Source: a virus | Reading direction: 5' to 3' (one strand) | IMG/VR virus record: IMGVR_UViG_3300042691_047309 | Coordinates: 32,001 to 96,000 of that record | Length of the DNA: 64,000 nucleotides | Part shown: positions 20,148-29,478 of the stretch, one piece after another | Numbering within the stretch: the stretch's first letter is position 1 | Layout of the letters: each line of letters opens with the position of its first letter | The notes under the pieces: generated by a model | The model's database searches: none | The model's input: the letters and a program-made list of their open reading frames with translations, nothing else | Told to the model about the DNA's origin: nothing | Program-made: the position numbers and the translations under genes

Positions 20148-20172
20148 AACCTCACTTAGTTGAGGTTTTTTT
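20148..20172 (+). terminator. Intrinsic terminator
   Basis: AACCTCA-cttagt-TGAGGTT plus T-run. Confidence 0.7.
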
Positions 20173-20184
20173 ATGCTTTTTCCT

Positions 20185-20192
20185 TATCTTTG
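20185..20192 (+). promoter_or_regulatory. Bacteroidota -7 element TATCTTTG
   Basis: 4 nt upstream of ATG 20197. Confidence 0.6.
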
Positions 20193-20196
20193 TATT

Positions 20197-20613
20197 ATGA
20201 TAACAAGAGAGAAAGTCCTACAGGTTCAAAATAAAATCAAAGAAGCAATTGCTCAAATTGAAAAAGATGAAAATGTTAAAATTGATTTTGGTTCATTAAG
20301 CTTTAATCCACAAAAGTATTCAACTTCTATGACGGTATCAACTTTAGAGAAATCTGAAAGAGTTGAGTCTGTTCTTGAAAGAACTTGTCGAGCAATTGGT
20401 TTTACTCAAAATGTTATTGGAATGACTTTTGATTTTCGTGGTGATAAATATGAAATCACTGATATCAAAACTAAAAACAGAAAGTATCCTGTTATTGCTA
20501 CTGAAATTAGAACTAAAAAAGGTTATAAATTTGCAGTAGAGACTATCAGAAAAGCATTGGGTGGTGATGCTCAAATTAATAGAAATAAGAATTTAGATAA
20601 ATTGGTTGATTAA
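20197..20613 (+). CDS. Hypothetical C-tagged phage protein
   Basis: Start reassigned to MITREK; ends NRNKNLDKLVD. Confidence 0.7.
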   Translation: MITREKVLQVQNKIKEAIAQIEKDENVKIDFGSLSFNPQKYSTSMTVSTLEKSERVESVLERTCRAIGFTQNVIGMTFDFRGDKYEITDIKTKNRKYPVIATEIRTKKGYKFAVETIRKALGGDAQINRNKNLDKLVD

Positions 20614-21038
20614 TGTATCTTTACATAGGTGATAAAAATTACTGGTTAGACTTTGGATGTTTTCCTGAGAAAATATCTCGCCTAAAAAAATTGAATCAAA
20701 TTAAATTTAAAATAAATTTATATGATTATGACAACGTGAAATCAACGTCTGCTGGATCTCAAATTGAATTTGCTAATAAATTTACTTTTTTAAAATCATT
20801 AAAAACACTTCCCCAAACAATTTATGCTTCAAAAAGCGACCACTACTGGTGGTCATTTGATGGATGTCAACTTTTAGATAAAAAGATATATCAAGATAAA
20901 GACTACTATGATTATGATGGTAGAGATATAAAAAAATGGAATATTGAATTAACAATATCTTATAAAGATGTGTATGGTTCTAATAAAAAACAAGTCTTAG
21001 AAAGAGATATAAAATTAAAGAAACTATTTAATGAGTAA
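20613..21038 (+). CDS. Hypothetical C-tagged protein, weak tail-tube-like pattern
   Basis: WWSFDGCQL...IELTISY; ends ERDIKLKKLFNE. Confidence 0.55.
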   Translation: MYLYIGDKNYWLDFGCFPEKISRLKKLNQIKFKINLYDYDNVKSTSAGSQIEFANKFTFLKSLKTLPQTIYASKSDHYWWSFDGCQLLDKKIYQDKDYYDYDGRDIKKWNIELTISYKDVYGSNKKQVLERDIKLKKLFNE

Positions 21039-21279
21039 TATATCAAATAGAGTTTCAGAAACTAGACTTTTCAAAGAAAGAAGGAGTTTAGGAATTGAAT
21101 TTTGCTGGGAAACAGCAACTGAAGCTGTATTTTCCAGACCAGAAGATGATTTAGATATATTAGGTGAATATTACTTAATTGAATCTTTTTCAACCGGTGT
21201 TATTTCAGTCACTGACATAAAAGGAAATGTCTTAGATAAAACTGATAGAATCTTAAATTTATTTAGACTTGGTGTTTGA
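21031..21279 (+). CDS. Hypothetical protein
   Basis: 82 aa ORF overlapping the upstream stop. Confidence 0.55.
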   Translation: MSNISNRVSETRLFKERRSLGIEFCWETATEAVFSRPEDDLDILGEYYLIESFSTGVISVTDIKGNVLDKTDRILNLFRLGV

Positions 21280-21693
21280 TTTTTCCGATTTATAGCTCTC
21301 AATAACTCTCATTCTTAATTCAGTTGTAGAAAATGAATGTTTTCTTGAGTTATAATACATTTCAATATGTTCTAACTCTTTTCCTGTAAAATCTTTATCC
21401 TTATACTCTTCTCCTACAACTCTTATATTTATTGGATATGAATGTAGAATATCTAATAAATCTTTTTCAGTTGCATAGACTACAACCTCATCTACATATT
21501 TACAAGCTTCTAATTGAATAAACCTTTCAACAACAGATTGAATTGGTTTGTTTTTTTCAGGTCTATCAATAGTAGGGTCAGTTTGTAATCCTACAATTAG
21601 ATAATCACAAACCGACTTTGATTCCTTTAACATCATAATATGACCTGCATGAAATAGGTCAAAACATGAGCAAGTAAATCCTACTTTTTTCAT
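21259..21693 (-). CDS. tagD: Glycerol-3-phosphate cytidylyltransferase family
   Basis: FDLFHAGH, LIVGLQTD, KYVDEV, FSTT. Confidence 0.85.
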   Translation of the reverse strand: MKKVGFTCSCFDLFHAGHIMMLKESKSVCDYLIVGLQTDPTIDRPEKNKPIQSVVERFIQLEACKYVDEVVVYATEKDLLDILHSYPINIRVVGEEYKDKDFTGKELEHIEMYYNSRKHSFSTTELRMRVIESYKSEKSNTKSK

Positions 21694-21881
21694 AGTGACT
21701 TTTTAATTTGTTTTGGTAGTTGTTCATTTGATAACTCAAATTCTCTAATACCACTTCTAGTATTACTCACCATTAAAAATTTAAAATTGAAACTATCATT
21801 AGTTTTTGTTCTAACATGATAGTATTCGTCAATTGATCCACTTGTGTGAATTGTTCCTAAATGTTTTTTATCTGTATTCAT
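21690..21881 (-). CDS. Small hypothetical protein
   Basis: 63 aa, ATGA-coupled to tagD. Confidence 0.5.
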   Translation of the reverse strand: MNTDKKHLGTIHTSGSIDEYYHVRTKTNDSFNFKFLMVSNTRSGIREFELSNEQLPKQIKKSL

Positions 21882-21916
21882 ATCTTTTTTATGATAATTT
21901 TTACAAAAGTTTTCAC

Positions 21917-21935
21917 TATATTTGCAGAATATATA
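21917..21935 (+). promoter_or_regulatory. Tandem host-type (TATATTTG) and late-type (AATATATA) elements
   Basis: Both motifs directly upstream of RNA ligase ATG 21941. Confidence 0.5.
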
Positions 21936-21940
21936 ACTCT

Positions 21941-23260
21941 ATGAAGTTATTCAGATATATGGAATTTATAAAAGAAAGCGTTACTCAATACTCTATACCT
22001 TCTTATGAAGAGGCGGTTGAGATGTGCTCTAAACCAGATGCTGCTTTTTATGAATCAAAAACTGAAGTTGATGGTTTTCCAATAAGCATCTTCAATTATA
22101 GACTTGCTCAATTTAGTGATTTTAATCTACCATTGGAGAATAAACCAGAAGTTAAAGCTTTTGAAATGAGAGGTCTTACTTTTGTTTTTAATAAAGATGG
22201 TTCTCTTTATAAAAGATTTGTGCTACTTGAAAAGTTCTTTAACTTGAATCAAGTTCCTAATTCTATGTATTCTGTTGTTAAAGATTACAAAATTCGTTAT
22301 GTTAATAACAAAGAAGATGGTTCTATTGCTTCATTTATTCAATTACCAAATGGAAAGATTATAGGTCGTTCTAAAATGGGGTTTGATAATGACCAAGCAA
22401 ATGGTATAAACAAAATCTATAAAACAAATGCGGATATAAATCAATTTGTTAATTGGTGTTTATCACAAGACATAACTCCGATATTCGAGTATGTCGCGCC
22501 CCACAACCGTGTAGTTTTAAGATACTCACAAGAAGAGCTGATACTTTTAAGACTAAGAGATAACAAGACCGGAAAACATATCGATATCAAAGACCATTTA
22601 GATAAAATTGGTTCAATTAAGATTGCACCTTTTGAGGATGACCACACTTTGGATGACCTAATTGAAAAGTCAAAAACTGAAGCAGAGAGAGAAGGATGGA
22701 TTGTTCAGTTTGATAATGATCACATGCTTAAAATCAAAACTGATTGGTATTGCCAAAGACACGGACTTTTAACAAATGACATTTATAGAGAACATATTAT
22801 TATAGGATATATCTTAGATGATAAGATTGATGATATTTTAGGTCAAATTCCTGAGGATGAAAAAGAAGCACACGAAAGAATACAAAAGATAATTTCAATT
22901 GTTAAAAGAGAAATTAACAATTTAGTTTCACAGATGAATTCTGCTTACTCGGAATTTGTTAAGTCAGGTGCTGATAAAAGAGATTATGCTATTAATCATA
23001 GAGTTGGAAATCCTAACTTTCATTTTGTTATGAGTATGGATAAATATGATAAATTAAAATCTATGTCTAAAGAAGATATATTAGAGTATTATGATTCAGT
23101 TGAAGCTTGGGAAAAGGCAATTGAAAAATATCAACCTTATAACTTAGCTGTTGAGACAATAAGAGATAAAACTAAGAGATTGGAAATAGCCAGAGAATGG
23201 TTAGAATCAAAAGATCCTGGATTATTTTTTAGAGATCCAGAAGAGTCAGAGGAGAATTAA
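21941..23260 (+). CDS. RNA ligase 1 (T4 Rnl1-like) with N-terminal tag
   Basis: EMRGL, KFFNLN, motif I KEDGS, FEY, EGWIV, KIKT; start reassigned to MKLFRYMEFIKES. Confidence 0.88.
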   Translation: MKLFRYMEFIKESVTQYSIPSYEEAVEMCSKPDAAFYESKTEVDGFPISIFNYRLAQFSDFNLPLENKPEVKAFEMRGLTFVFNKDGSLYKRFVLLEKFFNLNQVPNSMYSVVKDYKIRYVNNKEDGSIASFIQLPNGKIIGRSKMGFDNDQANGINKIYKTNADINQFVNWCLSQDITPIFEYVAPHNRVVLRYSQEELILLRLRDNKTGKHIDIKDHLDKIGSIKIAPFEDDHTLDDLIEKSKTEAEREGWIVQFDNDHMLKIKTDWYCQRHGLLTNDIYREHIIIGYILDDKIDDILGQIPEDEKEAHERIQKIISIVKREINNLVSQMNSAYSEFVKSGADKRDYAINHRVGNPNFHFVMSMDKYDKLKSMSKEDILEYYDSVEAWEKAIEKYQPYNLAVETIRDKTKRLEIAREWLESKDPGLFFRDPEESEEN

Positions 23261-23286
23261 GAGAGGTTTTTAACCTCTCTTTTTTT
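23259..23286 (+). terminator. Intrinsic terminator
   Basis: AAGAGAGGTT-ttt-AACCTCTCTT plus T-run. Confidence 0.75.
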
Positions 23287-23298
23287 ATATATACTTTT

Positions 23299-24111
23299 AT
23301 GAAAATAAAGAAATACATAGAATTCATATCTGAAGAGATTTTTAACCTGACATCATGGCCTTCTTTATTTGATGATGAGAAAAACGGATATGTTCTTCCT
23401 ATGTTATTGTGGTCTGTTGATATTTCTGATGGTTCTTTTAGAGAAGGTGATTATGAAACACCTGTAGCATCTTCGGGTGTCAAATTAGTTAAGAGTTGGA
23501 ATTTAGAAAATAATTTAGTTGGTTCTTACTTTGAATTTATCGGACAAAAAAGAGGAGTAATATTTACACATATTAAAGAAGTTAATTTGGAATTTTGCGA
23601 CTCTAAAGAAAAAGGTTATACGCTTCCGAAAAATTTAAGTGAAAGAGTAAATAATTTATATAACCAGTATGGTTTAGGAACACCTATTTTTGCAACAGTT
23701 GTTAAAGGGTTTGAAGATGGTGTAAAGGTTGTGACCACTGGTTCTAACTGGCACTTAGTTTCTAAATTAGGTATTAAAAAACTAGGAACAACTACATATA
23801 GAGGATTTGTTAGAGAAACAAAAATTCCACTTTATAGTGATGATACTCAAACGCCGGAATCAAAAGAAGCTATTTGGAAAAAACTTTTACAGGATGAAAG
23901 TTGTGAAATAACTATTTGGTCTCAAAATATGAAGAAAGAATTTCCAATTCAAATGGTTGATGGAAATCCTTACTACAATGGAAATATACCTGTTTATTTT
24001 GGAGATAAAGAAATAAACCAACAAGTTTTAGATTTAGCTGGTGAAGACGAAGAGAAGTATAAAAAGATGAAATCTCTAACAAAAAACTTAAAATTGAAAT
24101 CAGTCAAATGA
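23299..24111 (+). CDS. Hypothetical N-tagged protein
   Basis: MKIKKYIEFISEE; TTTATATATA upstream. Confidence 0.7.
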   Translation: MKIKKYIEFISEEIFNLTSWPSLFDDEKNGYVLPMLLWSVDISDGSFREGDYETPVASSGVKLVKSWNLENNLVGSYFEFIGQKRGVIFTHIKEVNLEFCDSKEKGYTLPKNLSERVNNLYNQYGLGTPIFATVVKGFEDGVKVVTTGSNWHLVSKLGIKKLGTTTYRGFVRETKIPLYSDDTQTPESKEAIWKKLLQDESCEITIWSQNMKKEFPIQMVDGNPYYNGNIPVYFGDKEINQQVLDLAGEDEEKYKKMKSLTKNLKLKSVK

Positions 24112-24935
24112 AATATCTAAAAACATATACTCTCTTCGAGAGAGTCTCTAATGAGACTAAATTATTTGAAGCATTAGTAGAAGATATTACTTTTATTAGA
24201 ATGTCTCATACCGATATGTTAAATGGTAGAGAAGCAGGTTGGTATCAACCAAAACAAAGAAGAATGATAGGTCCTGATACTTTTAATGACTCTTTGGTAA
24301 AAGCTGGATTCCCTGATAAACAAAGTTGTGTTCATTTTATGTCGGAGTCATCTTACGATGTTGGGTACTCTTATATTTATGGTAAAAATTTATTTCAAGT
24401 GGTAATAGATGATAAATCTAAATTAGGATGGTCATTTGTTGCTCCAATAAATGATTGGTTTTATAAAGGAAATTCTATTCAAAACTCACTTAGAAGTGGA
24501 AATGAATTGGTGTCTGATATTATGAAAAGTACATTTAATAAGATATATGCTGATTCTCAAACTGGTGAGGGTGTTGATGAGTCATTAAATTATTTGTTAG
24601 ATTTTAAAGCTATAGGAACAGGAACAATTGAAGATTTAAAAAGGTCACCACACTTTGGGAAATATAATTTATATGTTTGGACAACTGATAAAGTATATCT
24701 TAAAAGATATGTTAAAGAAAGTGAGATAAAGGAAAAAGAACCAAAACCTTATAAAAATCAACCAGTTTTAGATACTGAAGATTTTACTGAAAGAGGAATT
24801 AAACCAGAGGAAATTGGTAATTTTTATCAATCTGAGTGGGGAAGAAGATTTAAAAGACTTCAACCTACTGCAGATTACAATTTAAGAAGAGAAGAAGCTC
24901 TAAAACTTTTAGATGAATGGATAAAAACAAGATGA
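24108..24935 (+). CDS. Hypothetical N-tagged protein (doubled tag)
   Basis: MKYLKTYTLFERVSNETKLFEA. Confidence 0.7.
   Translation: MKYLKTYTLFERVSNETKLFEALVEDITFIRMSHTDMLNGREAGWYQPKQRRMIGPDTFNDSLVKAGFPDKQSCVHFMSESSYDVGYSYIYGKNLFQVVIDDKSKLGWSFVAPINDWFYKGNSIQNSLRSGNELVSDIMKSTFNKIYADSQTGEGVDESLNYLLDFKAIGTGTIEDLKRSPHFGKYNLYVWTTDKVYLKRYVKESEIKEKEPKPYKNQPVLDTEDFTERGIKPEEIGNFYQSEWGRRFKRLQPTADYNLRREEALKLLDEWIKTR
24123..24169 (+). repeat. 47-nt repeat with internal hairpin, copy 1 (copy 2 at 29191-29237)
   Basis: ACATATACTCT.TT.GAGAGAGTCTCTAATGAGACTAAATTATTTGA; AGTCTC-TAAT-GAGACT inverted repeat. Confidence 0.85.
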
Positions 24936-25702
24936 GATACTTAAAAACATACAAATTATTTGAATCCAACTGGTATGATATGAAAGACCATATCAAAGTC
25001 CTTTCAGATATGTCACTTTCACTATGGGATAGAGATTTTAATGTTCAGGTCGCTGATGAGATTATAAGTAGAGAACACCAATGTGTAGTTGTCAATATAG
25101 TTAAAAAAGGTTCTACTAAATTTACTTTTCCAGTAATTAAAGAAGAGTTATTAGAAATGGTGGATTATATGGATAGTGAAGGTTGGGAAGTTTTAAATAT
25201 TGAATTGAGTGATTTATCTTCTGGTTACTTTTATTGTTATTTAGAAGGAGATAAATTACTTGCTCTTCATACAGATAGAGAAATCACGGAAGAATTTGAC
25301 CAACTCATAGTTAAGTTTGTTGAAAAACGAGAAGTTAAAACAAACGAATCTACTGAAGAAGATGTTCATAGAGAGATGATGATTAAAAAGTATGGTTTAG
25401 AAGAAATAGAGGAGTGTGATGAGGTTATTAGAAATATTAGTGATATGGGTTTAGAAGTCGAAGACTTAGGTATAACTGTATTAGTTGGTTATAGTCCTAT
25501 GACTTATATGTCTGCTGAATCAACTCCTAAAATTTCAGTTAGTGTTATTGCTGATGCAATACTTTTTGCGGGAAATATTGCTGATATAGATATTTTCACA
25601 GATACATTATTGAGTTATGTAAAATCATTAGGTTTTTCAACAGGTAAAAACACTTTTACAACAGACCGAAAAATGACAAGGCAAATTCTAATACAAAAAT
25701 GA
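24932..25702 (+). CDS. Two-module N-tagged protein
   Basis: Start reassigned to MRYLKTYKLFES; second module begins KTNES-TEEDVHREMMIKKYG. Confidence 0.7.
   Translation: MRYLKTYKLFESNWYDMKDHIKVLSDMSLSLWDRDFNVQVADEIISREHQCVVVNIVKKGSTKFTFPVIKEELLEMVDYMDSEGWEVLNIELSDLSSGYFYCYLEGDKLLALHTDREITEEFDQLIVKFVEKREVKTNESTEEDVHREMMIKKYGLEEIEECDEVIRNISDMGLEVEDLGITVLVGYSPMTYMSAESTPKISVSVIADAILFAGNIADIDIFTDTLLSYVKSLGFSTGKNTFTTDRKMTRQILIQK
25346..25420 (+). repeat. About 75-nt direct repeat with 25732-25806
   Basis: Both encode ESTEEDVHREMMIKKYGxEEIEECD. Confidence 0.85.
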
Positions 25703-26124
25703 GAAAGTTAAAAACATATCAAAATTTTAATGAATCTACTGAAGAAGATGTTCATAGAGAAATGATGATTAAAAAGTATGGATCAGAAGAAATAGAAGAG
25801 TGCGACTCAGTTATAAGTGATGTAAAAGATATGTTATTAGAATTAAATGATTTAGAAATTTTTACAATTATAGATTATACATCAATGACATATATGTGTT
25901 TTGAAAAGACATCACCTAAGTTATTTCTAAATATTAAGTGTGGTAGTAAATTATGGGATTCTAATGAGAGTTTAATTGATGGTGTGATTTCCACAATAAA
26001 AGAATTTGTTAGAAGTTATGGATATAGTATCGGAACCAATGTTAAAAAAGAAGAAAAACGGCAAGTTACTATTCCAATTACTGACATATTTGAGGTTGAA
26101 TATCAAATGTTAATACAAAAATGA
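25699..26124 (+). CDS. N-tagged protein, paralogue of the C-terminal module of the upstream gene
   Basis: MRKLKTYQNFNESTEEDVHREMM; both end LIQK. Confidence 0.7.
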   Translation: MRKLKTYQNFNESTEEDVHREMMIKKYGSEEIEECDSVISDVKDMLLELNDLEIFTIIDYTSMTYMCFEKTSPKLFLNIKCGSKLWDSNESLIDGVISTIKEFVRSYGYSIGTNVKKEEKRQVTIPITDIFEVEYQMLIQK

Positions 26125-27407
26125 AAAAGTTAAAAACATATAAGAGATTTTTAGAATCTAATTCTGAAGACATTAGTGAAGTTATGAGTGTCTTAAATGA
26201 CATGTCATTGGAATTAAGAGACAAAGGCTTTTTTGTTGAACAACAATCTTTATCATATGGAAAAATGGGAGTAATAAAGGGGTTTAGAATTGTCGTTGTA
26301 AAATCAAATGATGGTGGTGGTTTTATGTGGCATAATACAAAAAAATTTTACTTTCAGGACATTAAAGAAAATATATTAGAAATGACAGAATATTTAGAAT
26401 CTGAAGGATTTTCTATAGATACAATTGATTTTATTGATGATTCTGGTGTTGTTGATGGTATTTTAAAAGATGGTAATTTATATAACAATTTTTCAAAAGA
26501 AGAGGTAAATCACCTGACAGATGGCTTTATAATTAGGTTCATTAAATCAGATAAAACTAATGAATCTTCTGACAAACCAAGACAGACGGAATCTGATAAT
26601 CTTAATTTAACGAATAAATTTAATTTTGTTATTGGTAAAGAATATTCATTTGATGAATTACCACAAAATATAAAAGATGATATTTATATACAATTTGACG
26701 AATACTCTGATTTACAACCCGAAGACTATTACTATGTTGCTAAATTATTAAAACCAGAAGAAACAGAAGAATATTTACATAATCAATTTGGTGAATATAA
26801 CATTCAAGACGCACTTGAAGAACCGTATATGAAAAAAATTATTAGAGATATCCAAATAAATGGTTTAGATTATCCAGCTGTTGGAATAGAAGGAAATCAT
26901 AGAGCATTGGCTTTTTTGTATTTGAAAAAAGACTTACCATATTTAGAAATGATTGAGATTGCTAAATTGGATAAAACTAACGAATCATCTTCGGAAAGAT
27001 GGTCAAACACACAACAACAACTTAGAGAAGATAGTAATTTTATTTCTGACACTTGTTTAGAATTAGATGATAAAGGATTTAAAACTTGTGGAGCTCGAAC
27101 TCAAACAAATAAAATTAATGTCGTTCAATTTGGTCAGAGTCCAGTGTTGAAAATTAATGAAACTACACCTTATTTTATTATTGGACATCCTGTAGGTAGA
27201 TACTTCAAATTCTCGGAGATAAAAGATGAGCTTCTACAAATCAAATCTTATTTGGGTGATAGATGGATAAAATGTGGCGTTCTGTATGAGTTTTCACATG
27301 AGAGAATAGAGGTCTTTATAGATGAAAAAGATTATGACCATTTAGATGATTGGTTTCAAACTTCAGCTGCAGGAATTATAAATCTGGTTGTGTTCTTTAA
27401 TATATAG
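26121..27407 (+). CDS. Three-module N-tagged protein, middle module possibly ParB/Srx-like
   Basis: Two DKTNESS junctions; middle has IEGNHRALA; last module paralogous to 27411..27839. Confidence 0.65.
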   Translation: MKKLKTYKRFLESNSEDISEVMSVLNDMSLELRDKGFFVEQQSLSYGKMGVIKGFRIVVVKSNDGGGFMWHNTKKFYFQDIKENILEMTEYLESEGFSIDTIDFIDDSGVVDGILKDGNLYNNFSKEEVNHLTDGFIIRFIKSDKTNESSDKPRQTESDNLNLTNKFNFVIGKEYSFDELPQNIKDDIYIQFDEYSDLQPEDYYYVAKLLKPEETEEYLHNQFGEYNIQDALEEPYMKKIIRDIQINGLDYPAVGIEGNHRALAFLYLKKDLPYLEMIEIAKLDKTNESSSERWSNTQQQLREDSNFISDTCLELDDKGFKTCGARTQTNKINVVQFGQSPVLKINETTPYFIIGHPVGRYFKFSEIKDELLQIKSYLGDRWIKCGVLYEFSHERIEVFIDEKDYDHLDDWFQTSAAGIINLVVFFNI

Positions 27408-27410
27408 TTT

Positions 27411-27839
27411 ATGAAATTTTTAAAACCATATACTAAGTTCAACGAAGGTTTATCTGATTATCAAATCGAACAACTTGAAGAGGATAAAAATTTCATTTCA
27501 GATACACTTTTAGAATTGAAAGATAAAGAATTCCGTATAAATGTAGAGCATAATGTGAATTCTATAATAGGTAAGGTATTTATTGATTCTTTATCAATAA
27601 CTGAACCTATGCCTATATTAATAATAGGTGCTCCTGAAAATTCTCAATTTCAATTTTCAGATGTAAAAGACGAACTTCTACAAATTAAATCTTATTTGGA
27701 TGATAGATGGTATAAGTGTGGTGTTATGTTTAACTCGGAAATAATTGATGTTTTAATAGATGAAAAAGATTATGACAATCTAGATGATAAAACTTCAGCG
27801 GGTGGAATATTTTATTTGGCTGTATTTTTTAATATATAG
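27411..27839 (+). CDS. N-tagged protein, paralogue of the upstream C-terminal module
   Basis: MKFLKPYTKFNEG; KDELLQIKSYLxDRW shared; TTAATATATA at 27397-27406. Confidence 0.7.
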   Translation: MKFLKPYTKFNEGLSDYQIEQLEEDKNFISDTLLELKDKEFRINVEHNVNSIIGKVFIDSLSITEPMPILIIGAPENSQFQFSDVKDELLQIKSYLDDRWYKCGVMFNSEIIDVLIDEKDYDNLDDKTSAGGIFYLAVFFNI

Positions 27840-27842
27840 TTA

Positions 27843-28316
27843 ATGAGACATTTAAAATCATACAAATTATTTGAATCAGTATCTGAGCAAACAGTAAGAG
27901 ACATATTATTAGAGATAACTGATGATAGTAATTTCAATGTTGAAATCAAAGAAGTAGATAATCATTTAGAAGTTTATATAACGAGAGGATCTTTTTTAGA
28001 TGGAAGAAAAACGAGAGAAATACCAGGAGCTCCTACTCCTCCAGGTAGTGGATATCCAGCTAATTTATTTTTATGGTTTGAAATAAAAGACACTATTATA
28101 AGATTATGTGAGTATGTTTATTCAGAAACTGATTTAGAACCGATTGAGAATAAACCATTTCAACAATGGTATTTACAACAGGGACATTTTGCAAAATCAC
28201 CATTTAGAATGAAAAATGGTGGAACCGAGTTTGGTATAGGATGGCACAAAGCAGAAGATTTTACTTTAGGTGATTTTATTTCTTTTACTGGTCTAAAATT
28301 AATAATTAAGTTGTGA
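27843..28316 (+). CDS. Hypothetical N-tagged protein
   Basis: MRHLKSYKLFES; TTAATATATA at 27829-27838. Confidence 0.7.
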   Translation: MRHLKSYKLFESVSEQTVRDILLEITDDSNFNVEIKEVDNHLEVYITRGSFLDGRKTREIPGAPTPPGSGYPANLFLWFEIKDTIIRLCEYVYSETDLEPIENKPFQQWYLQQGHFAKSPFRMKNGGTEFGIGWHKAEDFTLGDFISFTGLKLIIKL

Positions 28317-29179
28317 AATACTTAAGAAGAATAAATGAAAGTTTGAATTCTAAAACTCTAACTAAACAAGAAGTTATTGAGTTATTGGAAAGAAACTGCC
28401 AAAAGTTTTTAAGTTATCCTAATAAAAATCAATCCAATCTCATATTCAGAAAAGATGAGGACCGTGGAGATTTTGCCTTAGTTAATCCTAAGTTATCAAC
28501 TTCTAAAAGAATTGCTCCTTATGCTCCAACAAATGTTCATAATTTACTTATTTCCAATTTAGATTCTTGGAAAGGTTGGCCTCGTAGAAATAAATCTTTG
28601 ATTTTTGCTTCTGATAAAGCGGCACTCTATCATAGCTCTGAGAATGAAGATTTGATTGTTGATTATGTTGTAATTCCATTTGATAGTACAAAAATAGCAA
28701 CCGGAGATAGAAGTGATTTTTGGGATTGTTTTGGAAAAATTCCAAACAGAAAGCAATTTCACAAAGATTTTTCACCAGACAACTATCCGAGACCTAGTAT
28801 TGCTTGGTATATCCGGAATTTAATGTTCGATTTAGAAATTAAAGAAGAATACCCAGAGACTGATTGGCAAAAAATAAAAACATTATTAGAAGAGGCCGAA
28901 CTTGTTGACCAAACACTTATTAAAAAATACTTTGAGATCGAAGGAGAAATTGTTTGGAATCCTAATATGAATCTTTTGGAAAACCTGAATCATATTTTAG
29001 ATCCAATTTATAACGATTTTAAATTAGGTGATGTTACTTCAACTATGGACTTATACTCACAATTAAATCCTAATGATTCTGACTATCTTAAAACTGCTTT
29101 AGAATCTTGGTCTGAAGATGAGGTCATACTTATAAAGTATAATATGTTAAATGAAATTTTAAATGAATTAGAATCATGA
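28313..29179 (+). CDS. N-tagged protein, paralogue of 30242..31012
   Basis: GTG start MKYLRRINES; SNLxSWKxxP and IPFDxxKIA shared. Confidence 0.65.
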   Translation: MKYLRRINESLNSKTLTKQEVIELLERNCQKFLSYPNKNQSNLIFRKDEDRGDFALVNPKLSTSKRIAPYAPTNVHNLLISNLDSWKGWPRRNKSLIFASDKAALYHSSENEDLIVDYVVIPFDSTKIATGDRSDFWDCFGKIPNRKQFHKDFSPDNYPRPSIAWYIRNLMFDLEIKEEYPETDWQKIKTLLEEAELVDQTLIKKYFEIEGEIVWNPNMNLLENLNHILDPIYNDFKLGDVTSTMDLYSQLNPNDSDYLKTALESWSEDEVILIKYNMLNEILNELES

Positions 29180-29478
29180 AAAGAATAAAGACATATACTC
29201 TATTTGAGAGAGTCTCTAATGAGACTAAATTATTTGAGTCTGCTCAAAACTGGATAGAGATTGATGGAAAACTTTGTAGAGATTTCGAGTTTTCTGACTT
29301 CAATCAGGCTTTACAATTCATAAATAAAATCTCACAAATTTGTGAATCAGAAAATCACCACCCAGAAATAAATTGGGTTTATAATGAGATAACTCTAAAA
29401 TTATCAACTCATGATGCTGGTGATATTATTACTGAGAAAGATATAAAATTAGCTGAATTGATAGATGAAGTGGCTTAA
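29176..29478 (+). CDS. phhB: Pterin-4-alpha-carbinolamine dehydratase with N-terminal tag
   Basis: FxFxDFxQA, ENHHPEI, LSTHDAG, ITEKDIKLA. Confidence 0.88.
   Translation: MKRIKTYTLFERVSNETKLFESAQNWIEIDGKLCRDFEFSDFNQALQFINKISQICESENHHPEINWVYNEITLKLSTHDAGDIITEKDIKLAELIDEVA
29191..29237 (+). repeat. 47-nt repeat with internal hairpin, copy 2
   Basis: Near-identical to 24123-24169. Confidence 0.85.

Noticed and set aside
24932-27839. Diversity-generating retroelement template/variable repeats
   Set aside because: Repeats are in-frame coding paralogues, differences are not adenine-specific, and no reverse transcriptase is present in the window
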